A stretch of 64,000 bases of DNA, taken from positions 3,986,161-4,050,160 of the forward strand of contig CM119263.1 of NCBI GenBank assembly GCA_051294375.1, written 5' to 3'. The position numbers and the translations under genes are program-made. Positions 63,669-64,000 of this stretch are shown here, one piece after another. Within the stretch, counting starts at the first letter, position 1, and each line of letters opens with the position of its first letter. The notes below the pieces were generated by a model. That model saw only the letters and a program-made list of their open reading frames with translations, made no database searches and was not told the origin of the DNA. Source of the DNA: Paraspadella gotoi. Taxonomy: Eukaryota > Animalia > Chaetognatha.

Positions 63669-64000
63669 CCCCACATAATCTAGAATGGGCTCGAGATTAA
63701 CCGTCTTCCCATTTGTCTCTATTAGTCAATCGGGACAGTCGAGACTAAAGAGGATAAATCTCTGAAAAACAGCGACGTCGTTGGCGAAGACTCAAAAACT
63801 CCGTCGGCGCTCGAGATGAAAAAAAAAAGATCAATGCTGGTGACTTTCGAATTACAAAACAAAAGGTTTAAATGTTTAAATAAATTTAGTTTACTTACAT
63901 ACATAAAATATTAGCGTTGATGTATCCATTGCTTTTAACTTTTTTTTAATAAAAAAAAAAATGAAATTATCATTGAAATTATATTTTTTAATTTTTCTTT

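Overview
AT-rich, microsatellite-laden eukaryotic (invertebrate-like) scaffold with N-gaps and no intact protein-coding gene that I can support. (1) A degenerate BEL/Pao LTR retrotransposon (~2.5-12.3 kb) with a recognisable Gag zinc-knuckle region, scrambled pol remnants, and an unusual ~3.3 kb post-pol region carrying an arginine-rich reading frame and repeated covarying hairpins. (2) A tandem array of long, divergent XK-related (Xkr/CED-8-like) membrane-protein genes (34-60 kb), all disrupted by TE insertions, deletions or frameshifts. (3) A set of Penelope-like retroelement insertions carrying minimal hammerhead ribozymes: one truncated GIY-YIG-encoding copy, and ~210-230 bp ORF-less fold-back insertions with 12-14 bp target-site duplications. 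(4) An LTR-like unit fused to a 34-nt cDNA copy of the mature tRNA-Leu 3' end (including CCA), flanked by TTAA. (5) Helentron-type HINEs, tRNA-derived SINEs, MITEs, and a 2.2-kb TIR element with a 4-bp TSD present in only one of two near-identical copies. Large near-identical duplications abut 25-N gaps and are probably uncollapsed haplotypes. Most ORFs in the supplied track are simple-repeat artefacts. All alignments were done by eye; no database searches were run.
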